From NCBI GenBank assembly GCA_965263075.1, contig CBDHGI010000006.1, positions 402,929 to 466,928 on the forward strand: a DNA stretch of 64,000 nucleotides. The letters run 5' to 3'. The notes beneath the pieces were generated by a model. That model made no database searches. It was not told the DNA's origin and saw only the letters and a list, made by a program, of their open reading frames with translations. The DNA is from Chloroflexota bacterium. Lineage in GTDB: Bacteria > Chloroflexota > UBA11872. Made by a program: the position numbers and the translations under genes. Position 1 is the first letter of the stretch; each line of letters begins with the position of its first letter. Of this stretch, positions 39,301-47,901 are shown piece after piece.

Positions 39301-40908
39301 CCACGTAGCAGTCCCATCTCGGTTGGCGTCGACTTTCAGTGCCGGATACTGATTTAGTCGACCAAAGTCCCAGACATCGTCAACGCCGGTGTCGCGATTG
39401 TCATCCGCGTCTGCGTTGTCGACGTCCAGCTGCCAGTTCTCGAATGGGCCGCTGTAGTCGGTGGTACCCTGAAGCACAGAGGTTGGAACGCTGCGACTGC
39501 TGGACGGATTACCCTCACCAACATCGTTCAATTGACCCGAGACGTGAGTATCCCAGACGCTATCCAGGACAACCACTGTCTCCCAATCACTATACGGTAC
39601 GTTTCTTCCTATCAGAGCACCGACAATGCCGTTGCTTTCGACGTGACCGACACCGAAGGTGGCTCGCACGGTACCAGCCTCGTTTGATCCGATAATACCG
39701 CCGACAATCGTACCGCCCGAGACGTTGCCAAGGGCGTACGCTGCGATTATGTCACCAATGTTCATCCCGACCAGACCGCCGGCAGAGTCAATCCTATCCC
39801 GCACCGATCCCGCGGCGTAGCTTACCGTTACGACGCCGCTGTTGGAACCGATCAGGCCACCGATGTCCTCTGCTCCGACGATCCGTCCGGTCGCGTAGCT
39901 CTTAGAAATGTTCCCATCATTCGCACCAACCAAGCCGCCAGCCTGCCAGATTCCCAGCACATTTCCGCTAGCGTAGCTCTCGACAATGTCCCCGTGATTG
40001 CCCCCTATCAGTCCCCCACAGCGACTATCGGCGCAGGCTACACTGCCTGTAGCGTAGCTGCTTGCGACGCTACCCCGGCTGAAGCCGACCAGAGCTCCAA
40101 TTTCGTACTCTCCGGAAGCGCCGCCGTTCGCATGACTGCCCAGGATCGAACCATAGTTGGTTCCGACAAGACTGCCAATCTGGGACCAGCCGAGTACCCG
40201 TGCCGACGACCGACTATCTTGAATGACACCGTGGTTCTCTCCGACGAGACCTCCAATCTGGTCGATTCCGTCGACATTTCCGGAGGCGTGGCTGCGCTCA
40301 ATCATCCCCCGGCTGTAGCCGGCCAGGGCTCCGACCAATCTGAAGCCTGTGACGTCCGCCTTCAGGTCATCTACTCGCGCGACAACTGCCGTGCTATCCA
40401 AATAGCCAAAGAGTCCTACTGGTCGCGGATCAACGCTCTCTTCAAGCCGAAGAATGTAGAGGTTGGAGACGACGTGCTCGTTGCCCTCGAACGTTGCCGC
40501 AAAGGGACTGACTTCCGTGCCGATAGGCGTCCATCCCTCACCGGTTCTCCACGCTCTGTTCGTCGCGCTTGACGCGTAGCTATCCGGGTCGGAGAAATCC
40601 AAATCTCTGGCCAGTTCATATCCCTGGCACGTGGGTGTGCATGCAACCCGTAACGAGGTCTGCGAAAAGGCCCTGTAAAAAGCTTCCTCGGCACGAGACC
40701 CGTCGGGCTTTCCGTCGCCATTGAGATCATTTCGAATGGCGTCGAACTGTTCGAGATTATTGATCTCAATGAGACCGTCGTCATCCAGATCGTGATCGCC
40801 GCTGACCGCTCGGACAGTGGTGGCAGCGCTGCAAGCCAGAACAGCGAAGAGCATGACGAGCCATAGCAAGTTTGACACCAGCGGAGTGCTGGCCCGGCTC
40901 GGAATCAT
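36310..40908 (-). CDS. Giant secreted repeat protein (about 1532 aa mature-length ORF). It has a signal peptide and three tandem ~470-aa units, each with a DxDxDGLIE(V/I)xNLEQ calcium-loop-like motif, a GYELTR/ATFEGNxH block, 8-10 GLUG-like (GGLVGxNxGxI..SYATGxVSG) beta-helix repeats and a DFWDFG..QYP.LK.DFDGDG..W.EFG terminal block. Function unknown; candidate adhesin or surface-layer component.
   Basis: ORF track 36310..41139. The first 77 codons are Arg-rich without homology, and the ATG at 40906-40908 gives the classic signal peptide MIPSRASTPLVSNLLWLVMLFAVLACSA. The internal triplication is visible in the protein (DHDLDDDGLIEINNLEQ / DKDADGLIEVSNLEQ / DTDSDGLIEVSNLEQ). Confidence 0.85.
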   Translation of the reverse strand: MIPSRASTPLVSNLLWLVMLFAVLACSAATTVRAVSGDHDLDDDGLIEINNLEQFDAIRNDLNGDGKPDGSRAEEAFYRAFSQTSLRVACTPTCQGYELARDLDFSDPDSYASSATNRAWRTGEGWTPIGTEVSPFAATFEGNEHVVSNLYILRLEESVDPRPVGLFGYLDSTAVVARVDDLKADVTGFRLVGALAGYSRGMIERSHASGNVDGIDQIGGLVGENHGVIQDSRSSARVLGWSQIGSLVGTNYGSILGSHANGGASGEYEIGALVGFSRGSVASSYATGSVACADSRCGGLIGGNHGDIVESYASGNVLGIWQAGGLVGANDGNISKSYATGRIVGAEDIGGLIGSNSGVVTVSYAAGSVRDRIDSAGGLVGMNIGDIIAAYALGNVSGGTIVGGIIGSNEAGTVRATFGVGHVESNGIVGALIGRNVPYSDWETVVVLDSVWDTHVSGQLNDVGEGNPSSSRSVPTSVLQGTTDYSGPFENWQLDVDNADADDNRDTGVDDVWDFGRLNQYPALKVDANRDGTATWEEFGPQGRIAGIQRDNGNYDKDADGLIEVSNLEQLAAMGMDRAGNGRPDYPAVRKPFYAAFPIKDNEEVCDFCFGYELTRSLDFADPSSYATGVVNADWRSGIGWQPEDLGYFRSPATFDGNEHVISNLYVKVTDLDDRTNEASGLFAHVQEDSVIRNIGVINVDITGGNNVGGLAATNEGDVFNSYTTGRVSGKNNVGGLVGTNRRLIRFSHSATETSGESRIGGLVGWNTEGWRGQKASVTASFATANVTGGSEVGGLVGRNEEGHVAFTYAKGPVAGRSRVGGLVGVNAAGNDPSNVTASYATGDVSGHEAAGGIAGANSGSIIASFATGSVSGSVVVGGLVGDNSMPWVDRWDEGGPGTVIASYAAAFVSGETSVGGLTGRNPGRLILSFWDIDVSGQSNGTGDGNVPTNSGKTTAELQSPAGFTGVFSAWNIDLDNADGDYTLETGAGDFWDFGTSQQYPVLKAEFDGDGVATWQEFGEQGREPSSTAPSAAPPDTPAPVTTPVATVPASQSLDTDSDGLIEVSNLEQLNAVRFDLDGNGIPDGAGDKAYASAFPAAETNPCSGCNGYELTRPLDFQDLESYSYGVVNPLWTRGSGWLPIGVGSSETSFSATFEGNGHTIRSLFVNRTTFLEDAGAAGLFGFTGSSAVIRGIGLNDVLVTGLASVGSLVGENRGIISHSYATGLVSGTTHVGGLVGYNQDSENAIQGWQIESSYAEVDVKGTDYVGGLIGLLYGTLHATYASGIVAGDEVVGGLVGGNGGKVRASYATGQVTGRESVGGLVGYNFDTIDSSYANTEVSGGETVGGLVGNNGYDVLVSYSMGSVSGQRHVGGLVGWNGGSQRPAVIIDSYTTAYVVGDDLVGGLVGVNLSAVINSLWDTQATGQSVGFGRNEPTNAAHFPRRWWDGNVQIVGKTGSELQEPTDYAGIYAPWRHSVGPGIPIFAYPMAAELTDVWDFGSASQYPSLTVDFDGDGQASWEEFGTQIRNNGQSQR

Positions 40909-41610
40909 GGCCGCCCAACTGTCAGGGTTCAAATTGGGGTATCCCGGGTGACCACGCAAGGGCCGATTCCCTGGTCCAAGAACTGTGGCGGCGTCCCGCC
41001 AGGCGCGTGGGCCCGCCGTGGCCAGTTGTGACTTTCGAGCCGTGGCGCCGGCAGCTCGCCGGCCGGGGAAATTCGTCCAGGCAGCCGCACGCGTAGAGGT
41101 ACGCATGGGGTGGCTCTGCCGGTTGCCACGGCTCGACACGCCTGAAATCTGCGTCGAGGCTCAACACGCCAGCGGCCTCGCTTCGCCCGGGCTAGCATGA
41201 GCCCAATGTGCCAAGTGTGCGTGGCTTGATGCAGCACCTGCGTCACGTTTCCCTCTGGCGCGCCAGAGACTACGAAGAGACGTACATGGTATTCGGCGAG
41301 AACGTAGAGTTTTGCATACAGCCATTCCGATATGGAGTGCTGGGCGACACAGCTAGCTGCTCGTGCCCGGGCAACTGTTGGTCCCAGTAGACGGCGGCGG
41401 CGCGCGCCAGGCTTTGTTTGAACGATTAGATATCTACTCGGCGGTCCGTCTCTCGGTATCGAGCGCGCCCGGAGTCGTATTGGTCGGGAAGGCTGTCTGG
41501 CAAGAATTGCCACTACTGTTCTCGCCATCCAAGCTGTGTCCCCTCTCACCGCGACGGCACGCGCAGGCTTGGAGACCAACGGCGATTACGGCCGAGGGTC
41601 GAATGGGGCA

Positions 41611-42396
41611 TCAGCGAGAGGCGGCTAAGCCCAAGATCTCGAGTTGCCCTTGCGAAGCCGACTCTCGGCTGCGGCGAGGCTTGGGCACGGACCCGACCGA
41701 CCTCGGCTGCCCCGTCCAACCGTGGATCAAGTGAGATTTCGGTTTACCTGTAGGTATCACGACCGTGGGGATGCGCTTCCAACGGGTGTGCAGGCTTGAT
41801 CGCCAACTGTCCCCCTTCGCCGCGGAGGGTAATGCGAACCATGCGCTCGGTGCGTTGGGCGATGCGCTTGGCCAATGTCGCGGGTTCGACCTGCAGGCCG
41901 AGGATGTAGGCCGGGATGGACCGGTTGGTTGCGGGCTGGTGGCGTTGGGATTCGGCGATTTCGAGGGCGCGGATGAGGCGGCTGCGTGTTCGGGGTCGGG
42001 CGGCGTGGCGCCGAGCGGGGAGGCTGTGAGCAGCGCCTTGATGTAGAAGCCGGTGCCGCCGACGACAAGCGGGATGGCCCGCCGCGCCCGGATCTCGTCG
42101 ATCGCGGCGTGCGCTATGCGTACAAAGCGGTGTGCGTTGAAGACCTGGTCGGGGTTGATTATGTCAATGAGGTGGTGTGGCGCACGTCGCCGCTCGGCCG
42201 GCGTGGGCTTGGCCGTGCCGATGTCCAGTCCGCGATAGACCTGCCGGGAGTCGGCGGAGATGACTTCGATCGGCAGATGCTCCGCGAGCTCGAGCGCCAG
42301 GCTGGTCCTGCCGCTGGCGGTGGGTCCGCCGATAACGAGCAGTGGCCGCTCAGGCATTGCCGCGGGCTCCTCGCGATACCATGGGCGACGCCCCAA
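41611..42396 (-). pseudogene. miaA remnant, copy 3. The N-terminal ~125 codons are intact, then a ~100-nt internal deletion/frameshift, and the C-terminus is missing.
   Basis: MPERPLLVIGGPTASGRTSLALELAEHLPIEVISADSRQVYRGLDIGTAKPT ... GATPPDPE, then the frame changes. DNA 41760-42010 aligns to 35480-35830 of the intact miaA with a deletion. The antisense peptide GGVAPSGE is shared. Confidence 0.65.
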
Positions 42397-42421
42397 CCTT
42401 CACGCAGGGTCCCTTGCGCGC

Positions 42422-43426
42422 ATGACCCAGGCCGAACCCGACGACGCGCCCGTCGCGACATCCGCGGGTCCGTACAGCAACCTGCAGGCGGTGTTGGAGG
42501 CCGGTGAGTTTGCGGTTACCTGCGAGCTGGGTCCGCCGCGGGCGCCGGACGCGGCCGACGTGCTGAAGAAGGTCGGGATCATCCGTGGATACGTGGATGC
42601 GGCCAGTTGCACCGATAACCAAGGCGCGGCGCTGAAGATGGCCAACTGGGGCGCGGCGCTGCTGTGCCTCCAGGGCGGGGTGGAGCCGATCATGCAGCTT
42701 TCCTGCCGCGACCGGAACCGGCTGGCCATCCAATCCGACGTGATTGCGGCGCAAGCGTTCGGCGTGCGTAATTTTATGTCAATCAGCGGCGATTCCCTGG
42801 TGCTTGGCGATCATCCCATGGCCAAGCCGGTATTCGATCTACAGGGTGTGCAACTTGTGCGTCTGCTGCGCCGGCTGCGTGACGAAGGCCGAACGGCCGC
42901 CGGCGATCCGATAGCAGGCGAGTTTGGCTATTTGATTGGCGGCGCGGCCAATCCCTTCGCGCCGCCCTACGGCTGGCGTCCGCTGCGTCTGCTGAAGAAG
43001 GCCGAGGCGGGCCAGGAGTTCGCCCTGACGCAGATGATCTTCAACGTGGACCGCTTTGCCGACTGGATGTCATACGTGCGCGACGAAGGTCTGGATAAAC
43101 GTGTGCACATCTTCGCGGGCGTGGGACCGCTGAAGTCCGCCCGCATGGCCGAATTCATGAAGTTCAAGATCGCGGGCATGGAAGTGCCGGACGCCGTGGT
43201 GGAACGGATGCGGGCGGCCAAGAAGCCGCGCACCGAGGGCGTGAAGATTTGCCTGGAGATTATCGAGCAGGTGCGTGAGATTCCGGGCGTGCACGGGATT
43301 CACATCATGGCCATCGACTGGGAACGGGCCGTCCCGCGCATCGTGAAAGCGGCCGGCTTGAAGCTGCCCAGGCCCGTTCCCGAACCGTCGCTGGCGCCTG
43401 GGCTGCCCGCGGCGGCTATTGCCTGA
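42422..43426 (+). CDS. metF: 5,10-methylenetetrahydrofolate reductase (MetF family)
   Basis: FAVTCELGPP ... SCTDNQGA ... MQLSCRDRNRLA ... FNVDRF blocks. The likely ATG at 42422 (MTQAEPDD) gives 334 aa. The ORF track starts at 42260. Confidence 0.8.
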   Translation: MTQAEPDDAPVATSAGPYSNLQAVLEAGEFAVTCELGPPRAPDAADVLKKVGIIRGYVDAASCTDNQGAALKMANWGAALLCLQGGVEPIMQLSCRDRNRLAIQSDVIAAQAFGVRNFMSISGDSLVLGDHPMAKPVFDLQGVQLVRLLRRLRDEGRTAAGDPIAGEFGYLIGGAANPFAPPYGWRPLRLLKKAEAGQEFALTQMIFNVDRFADWMSYVRDEGLDKRVHIFAGVGPLKSARMAEFMKFKIAGMEVPDAVVERMRAAKKPRTEGVKICLEIIEQVREIPGVHGIHIMAIDWERAVPRIVKAAGLKLPRPVPEPSLAPGLPAAAIA

Positions 43427-44060
43427 CGTGGAGGCGTCCACCGGCGACTCGCTGGCCGAGTTTCTGGACGCCCTGGGCTCCTCACAACCCACGCCGGGCG
43501 GCGGAGCGGGCGCGGCGGTGGCGCTGGGGATGGGAGCGGCGCTGGTTGGCATGACGGCGCGGCTGACGACAGGACGCCGCCGGTTTCGGGCGGTGCAGGC
43601 GGACATGGAACGGGTGATCGAGCGCTGCGACACGATTCGGGCGTCGGCGCTGGAACTGGCCGCGGCGGACGCCGCGGCCTATGGGGACGTGATGGCGGCG
43701 TACGCGCTGTCGCGTGGAACCGAGGCCGAGCGGCGCGCGCGTCGCACGACGATTGCCCGCGCCGCCGAGCACGCAAGCCGGGTTCCACTACAGGTTGCAG
43801 GCACCGCCGCCAAGGTGATCGAGCTAGCCGCGGAGACCGCCACGAAGGGCAACCCCAGCGTGATCAGCGACGCCGGGGCCGGGGCAGCGCTGGCGCGCAC
43901 GGCGATCCGAATCAGCGAGATGAATGTGCAGGCGAATCTGGGGTCGATCGACGACGCAGCGATTCGCGCCGAACTGGCGGCGGAACTGGACGAAGCCCGA
44001 GCGGCGCGCGACGCGGCGGACAACGTGGTTGATGCCGTGCTGAGTCAGAGTTCGGCATGA
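43419..44060 (+). CDS. fchA: Methenyltetrahydrofolate cyclohydrolase / formiminotransferase-cyclodeaminase C-domain family protein (FchA-like)
   Basis: LGSSQPTPGGGAGAAVALGMGAALVGM signature of the FTCD_C/cyclodeaminase family. 213 aa. Confidence 0.7.
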   Translation: MPDVEASTGDSLAEFLDALGSSQPTPGGGAGAAVALGMGAALVGMTARLTTGRRRFRAVQADMERVIERCDTIRASALELAAADAAAYGDVMAAYALSRGTEAERRARRTTIARAAEHASRVPLQVAGTAAKVIELAAETATKGNPSVISDAGAGAALARTAIRISEMNVQANLGSIDDAAIRAELAAELDEARAARDAADNVVDAVLSQSSA

Positions 44061-44920
44061 GTCGAGCGGAAGTCTGGTCGGGCCGCGGGCCGGCGCGGGC
44101 GCTACGGGCAGCCGTACAGGCACGTGTCGAGGCACTCGCCGATGCCGGTCCACTCGCGCTGCACATGATTCGGGTCGGGGACGACCCGTCGGCAAGGGGA
44201 TACGCCCGGGCCGTACAGCGCGCGTGCAATCGCGTGGGCGTGCGGGCGGCGATGGGCAACTTGCCTGCCGACTCCTCAACCGGCTCTGTGGTGGACCACG
44301 TGAAGGCGTTGAACGCGGACGGCGGCGTGCACGGCATCCTGTTGGGGTTTCCGCTGGCGGCACATCTGGACGTGGCTGCGATCGCCGACGCCATCGACCC
44401 GGCGAAGGACGTGGACCGGGTAACCACGGCTGCGATCGGCGAATTGTTTGCCGGTCGTACGCAGCTTGGACCGGCCACGGCGGCAGCGGTTATCGCGCTA
44501 CTGGACTTCTACGAGGAGCCAATTGCCGGCCGCGAGGTCGTGGTGGTTGGACGCAGCAACGTGGTGGGCAAACCACTGTGGGCCATGCTGCTGGCTCGTA
44601 ACGCAACAACGACGGTGTGTCATTCACGCACCGTCGATCTTCCGGCGGTGACTTCGCAGGCTGAGATCCTGGTGGTGGCCACGGGTAGCCCCGGCCTGAT
44701 TGGGGCGGAACACGTCGGCCCGGACGCTGTGGTCGTTGACGTCGGCACGACGTACCAAAACGGCAAGGTGGTGGGCGATGTGGACTTTGAAGCCGTCGCC
44801 GCGCGCGCCCGCGCGGTTACGCCCGTGCCGGGCGGGATCGGCCCGATTACGAACTACTGCCTAATGCGCAACCTCGTGGAGCTTGTCGAATGCCGCCACC
44901 AGTCACCGGAGACCGCATGA
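44057..44920 (+). CDS. folD: Bifunctional 5,10-methylene-THF dehydrogenase / 5,10-methenyl-THF cyclohydrolase
   Basis: VVVVGRSNVVGKPLWAMLL ... PVPGGIGPIT blocks. Overlaps neighbours by 4 nt on both sides. Confidence 0.85.
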   Translation: MSRAEVWSGRGPARALRAAVQARVEALADAGPLALHMIRVGDDPSARGYARAVQRACNRVGVRAAMGNLPADSSTGSVVDHVKALNADGGVHGILLGFPLAAHLDVAAIADAIDPAKDVDRVTTAAIGELFAGRTQLGPATAAAVIALLDFYEEPIAGREVVVVGRSNVVGKPLWAMLLARNATTTVCHSRTVDLPAVTSQAEILVVATGSPGLIGAEHVGPDAVVVDVGTTYQNGKVVGDVDFEAVAARARAVTPVPGGIGPITNYCLMRNLVELVECRHQSPETA

Positions 44921-46599
44921 GCCCCTCGCAACCGCCGGACATCGAAATCGCGCAAAGCGCCGCTCTGAAGCCGATCGAGGAGGTCGCGGCCAGCCTTGAG
45001 CTTGCCGCCGACGAGATCGATCCGTATGGGCGGACCAAGGCCAAGATCACGAGGGCCGCCATCGATGCGCGGCGCGCCGTGCCGGACGGCGATCTGATCC
45101 TGGTTACAGCCATCACCCCGACGCCGGCCGGGGAAGGCAAGACCACGACCACGATCGGGCTGACGCAGGCGTTGCAGCGGCTGGGTCACCGAGCGATCAG
45201 CGCCACGCGGGAACCGTCGCTGGGTCCAGTGTTTGGCGTGAAGGGCGGGGCGGCGGGCGGCGGCTACGCGCAGGTGCTGCCGATGGAGGACATCAACCTG
45301 CATTTCACCGGCGACTTCGCGGCGATCAGCGCGGCGCACAACCTGCTGGCGGCGATGCTGGACAACCATCTGCACCAGGGGAACGCGCTGGGGATCGACG
45401 CGCGTCGGGTGCTGTGGCGGCGCGTCATCGACATGAACGATCGCGCGCTGCACAGCATGGTCATCGGCCTGGGCGGACGCACGCGCGGGGTGCCTCGGGA
45501 GTCGGGGTTCGACATCACGCCGGCCTCGGAAGTGATGGCGGTGCTGTGCCTGGCGCACGATCTAGCTGATCTGAAAGCCCGCTTTGCGCGGATTGCGGTA
45601 GCCGAGCGCAAGCCCGGTGACTACGTGACCGCAGCCGATCTGACCGCGCATCCGGCGATGGCGATCCTGATGCGCGAGGCGGTGCTTCCCAACCTGGTGC
45701 AGAATCTGGAGGGCGGCCCGGCGCTAATCCATGGCGGCCCGTTCGGCAACATTGCGCACGGCTGCAATTCCCTGATTGCCACGCAACTGGCGTTGAAGCT
45801 GGCCGACCTGGTGGTGACGGAAGCCGGCTTTGGGGCCGACCTGGGCGCCGAGAAGTTCTTCAATATCAAGTGTCCGGCGGGGGGGCTGCGCCCGCGGGTG
45901 GCGGTGCTGGTGGCGACGGTTCGGGCACTGAAGCTGCACGGCGGTGCGAACAGGCGCGACCTGGCCAGCGAGGATCTCGACGCGTTGCGTGCGGGCAGGC
46001 CCAACCTGGCAGCGCACTCGGAAAACCTGCGGAAGTTCGGCGTGCCCGTGGTGATTGCCGTGAATCGTTTTCCGACAGACACCGATGCCGAGGTTGATGC
46101 GGTGATGGCGGCGGCAGAGCAGCTCGGCGCGCCGGCGGCGGTGTCGACCGTCTTCAGCGACGGCGGCGCGGGCGGCGAAGACCTGGCGCGGAAGGTCGTG
46201 GCGACGCTGGAGGCGGGCGAGGACGACTTCAAGCCGTTGTACGAGCCGGCGGCGTCGTTGACCGAGAAGATCGAGACGGTCGCGCGCGAGATCTATGGCG
46301 CCGACGGGGTGGATTACGCGGCGGGCGTGGCGCGACGGTTGCGTCGGCTGGACCGCGGCGCGGCGCGGGGATTCCCGATCTGCATGGCCAAGACGCAGTA
46401 CTCGCTGTCGGACAATCCGGCGTTGCTGGGTCGCCCGAGCGGCTTCCGCGTTACCGTCCGCGACGTACGCCTGTCGGCCGGCGCGGGCTTCGTAGTGCCG
46501 CTGACGGGCGACATATTGACCATGCCGGGGCTGCCGCGGCGGCCGTTTGCCGAGGACATGGACGTGGCTCAAGACGGGACGATTTCGGGCCTGGCGTAG
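44917..46599 (+). CDS. fhs: Formate--tetrahydrofolate ligase
   Basis: TPTPAGEGKTTTTIGL P-loop and FDITPASEVMA / GGPFGNIAHG blocks. The ATG at 44917 overlaps the folD stop (ATGA). Confidence 0.9.
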   Translation: MSPSQPPDIEIAQSAALKPIEEVAASLELAADEIDPYGRTKAKITRAAIDARRAVPDGDLILVTAITPTPAGEGKTTTTIGLTQALQRLGHRAISATREPSLGPVFGVKGGAAGGGYAQVLPMEDINLHFTGDFAAISAAHNLLAAMLDNHLHQGNALGIDARRVLWRRVIDMNDRALHSMVIGLGGRTRGVPRESGFDITPASEVMAVLCLAHDLADLKARFARIAVAERKPGDYVTAADLTAHPAMAILMREAVLPNLVQNLEGGPALIHGGPFGNIAHGCNSLIATQLALKLADLVVTEAGFGADLGAEKFFNIKCPAGGLRPRVAVLVATVRALKLHGGANRRDLASEDLDALRAGRPNLAAHSENLRKFGVPVVIAVNRFPTDTDAEVDAVMAAAEQLGAPAAVSTVFSDGGAGGEDLARKVVATLEAGEDDFKPLYEPAASLTEKIETVAREIYGADGVDYAAGVARRLRRLDRGAARGFPICMAKTQYSLSDNPALLGRPSGFRVTVRDVRLSAGAGFVVPLTGDILTMPGLPRRPFAEDMDVAQDGTISGLA

Positions 46600-46668
46600 G
46601 GTGGCCGGTGCCACCTGGCAGCTCGCCAGCGGATAGGCGAGATTAGACGCTTGCCATATGCCCGGCTT

Positions 46669-47901
46669 TCAAGCGGACGCCGCGGCTGTCCTGCGGGGCC
46701 GTCCAAGGATCGCGAAAGCGATCACGACTGGCAGCAGGACGATCGCGGAGGCAATGAATCCAGCGCGCAGCGACAGTCCGAACGCGAGTGCGCCTAAGAG
46801 TGGTCCGCCGATCATCTGGCCAACGGCATCCAGCTGCCCTCCGAGGGATAGGACCGTGGCCCGAACGCGCGAGGGCACGTAGCGGTTCCGCCAAGCGTCC
46901 AGAAGCGGGCCGCTGGCGTGTCGCAAGGGCATTCGAGCCCAGAACATCGCCATGGCGAATGCAAACCCCGTCGCCATGCCAAAGGCCACCAGGCTGCCGA
47001 GGTGGAGGGCCTGCAGCGCCAAAAGCGAGCGAGCCACGCTGCGGTCGCTGGACGTATGCACGGTCCGCCTGACGACTTCCAGTAAGACGAACCCTAGTCC
47101 CAGCCCTATGTAGTTGCTGAGCCCAAACCACGCCACGGGGTCCAAAGGTCCGAGCCGCGGCAGGGTGATGGTCTGCAGGAGAAACGGCGTGGTCAGTCGA
47201 TCCGGAACTTCGCTCGCCGCGCCAAACAGGAACGGCACCATCACGATCAGTAACAAGACCCGTCGCTGGCGGATCACCCGCAGGGCCTGCTGCAGTGTGC
47301 GCCCCATGGTCCTGAAGGTCTCGCGCTCGTGCGCCGGCAGGCGCTGGAATCCACGCTCGGGCATGGTGAGCGCCGAGAATGCGGCCAGTCCGAGATACAT
47401 GGATCCCCCAACGAGGAGGGGCAGGCTGCGATCCAGGCTGGCCAGCGCGACGGACAAGGCGGCGCCCACCAGACCTCCCACAAGACTGGCTTGCGAACCT
47501 CGCACCAGCGCGTGTGGCAGCCGCTGCGTCCCGATTTCGTCGGCCAGCCAGGCGGTTCTGGCCCCGCTGCGGAACGTTATCCCGAGCCCCCAGACGACTT
47601 GGGCGGCAAGCACCGTGGCAAACATGGGGATGGCCCCCTCGAGGATGAATCCGGCGCCGGTAAGAGCCAGCCCGATCACAACCGAGAGGCGGCGGCTGAA
47701 GACGTCGGCGACGACACCGGTGGGGATCTCAAAGGTGAATTCGGTTACTTCGACGGCGGTGCCAACCAAGATCAGCTGGAGGGCGTTGAGACCGACGGCC
47801 TCGACCTGATAGACGAGGTTGGTGGTGACGACGGTCAGGAAGGCAAGCCCCTCGACGGCCGACATGCCAACGGACAGTGGGTAGGCGGGGAGCCGCTCCA
47901 T
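46669..47901 (-). CDS. MFS transporter
   Basis: 410 aa, ~12 predicted TM segments, with MFS-type loop motifs. Confidence 0.65.
   Translation of the reverse strand: MERLPAYPLSVGMSAVEGLAFLTVVTTNLVYQVEAVGLNALQLILVGTAVEVTEFTFEIPTGVVADVFSRRLSVVIGLALTGAGFILEGAIPMFATVLAAQVVWGLGITFRSGARTAWLADEIGTQRLPHALVRGSQASLVGGLVGAALSVALASLDRSLPLLVGGSMYLGLAAFSALTMPERGFQRLPAHERETFRTMGRTLQQALRVIRQRRVLLLIVMVPFLFGAASEVPDRLTTPFLLQTITLPRLGPLDPVAWFGLSNYIGLGLGFVLLEVVRRTVHTSSDRSVARSLLALQALHLGSLVAFGMATGFAFAMAMFWARMPLRHASGPLLDAWRNRYVPSRVRATVLSLGGQLDAVGQMIGGPLLGALAFGLSLRAGFIASAIVLLPVVIAFAILGRPRRTAAASA

Noticed and set aside
40929-41579. 216-aa Arg-rich minus ORF and the first 77 codons of the 36310..41139 ORF
   Set aside because: Arg/Ala-rich low-complexity typical of out-of-frame GC-rich DNA. 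The giant protein's real N-terminus is the signal peptide starting at 40908.
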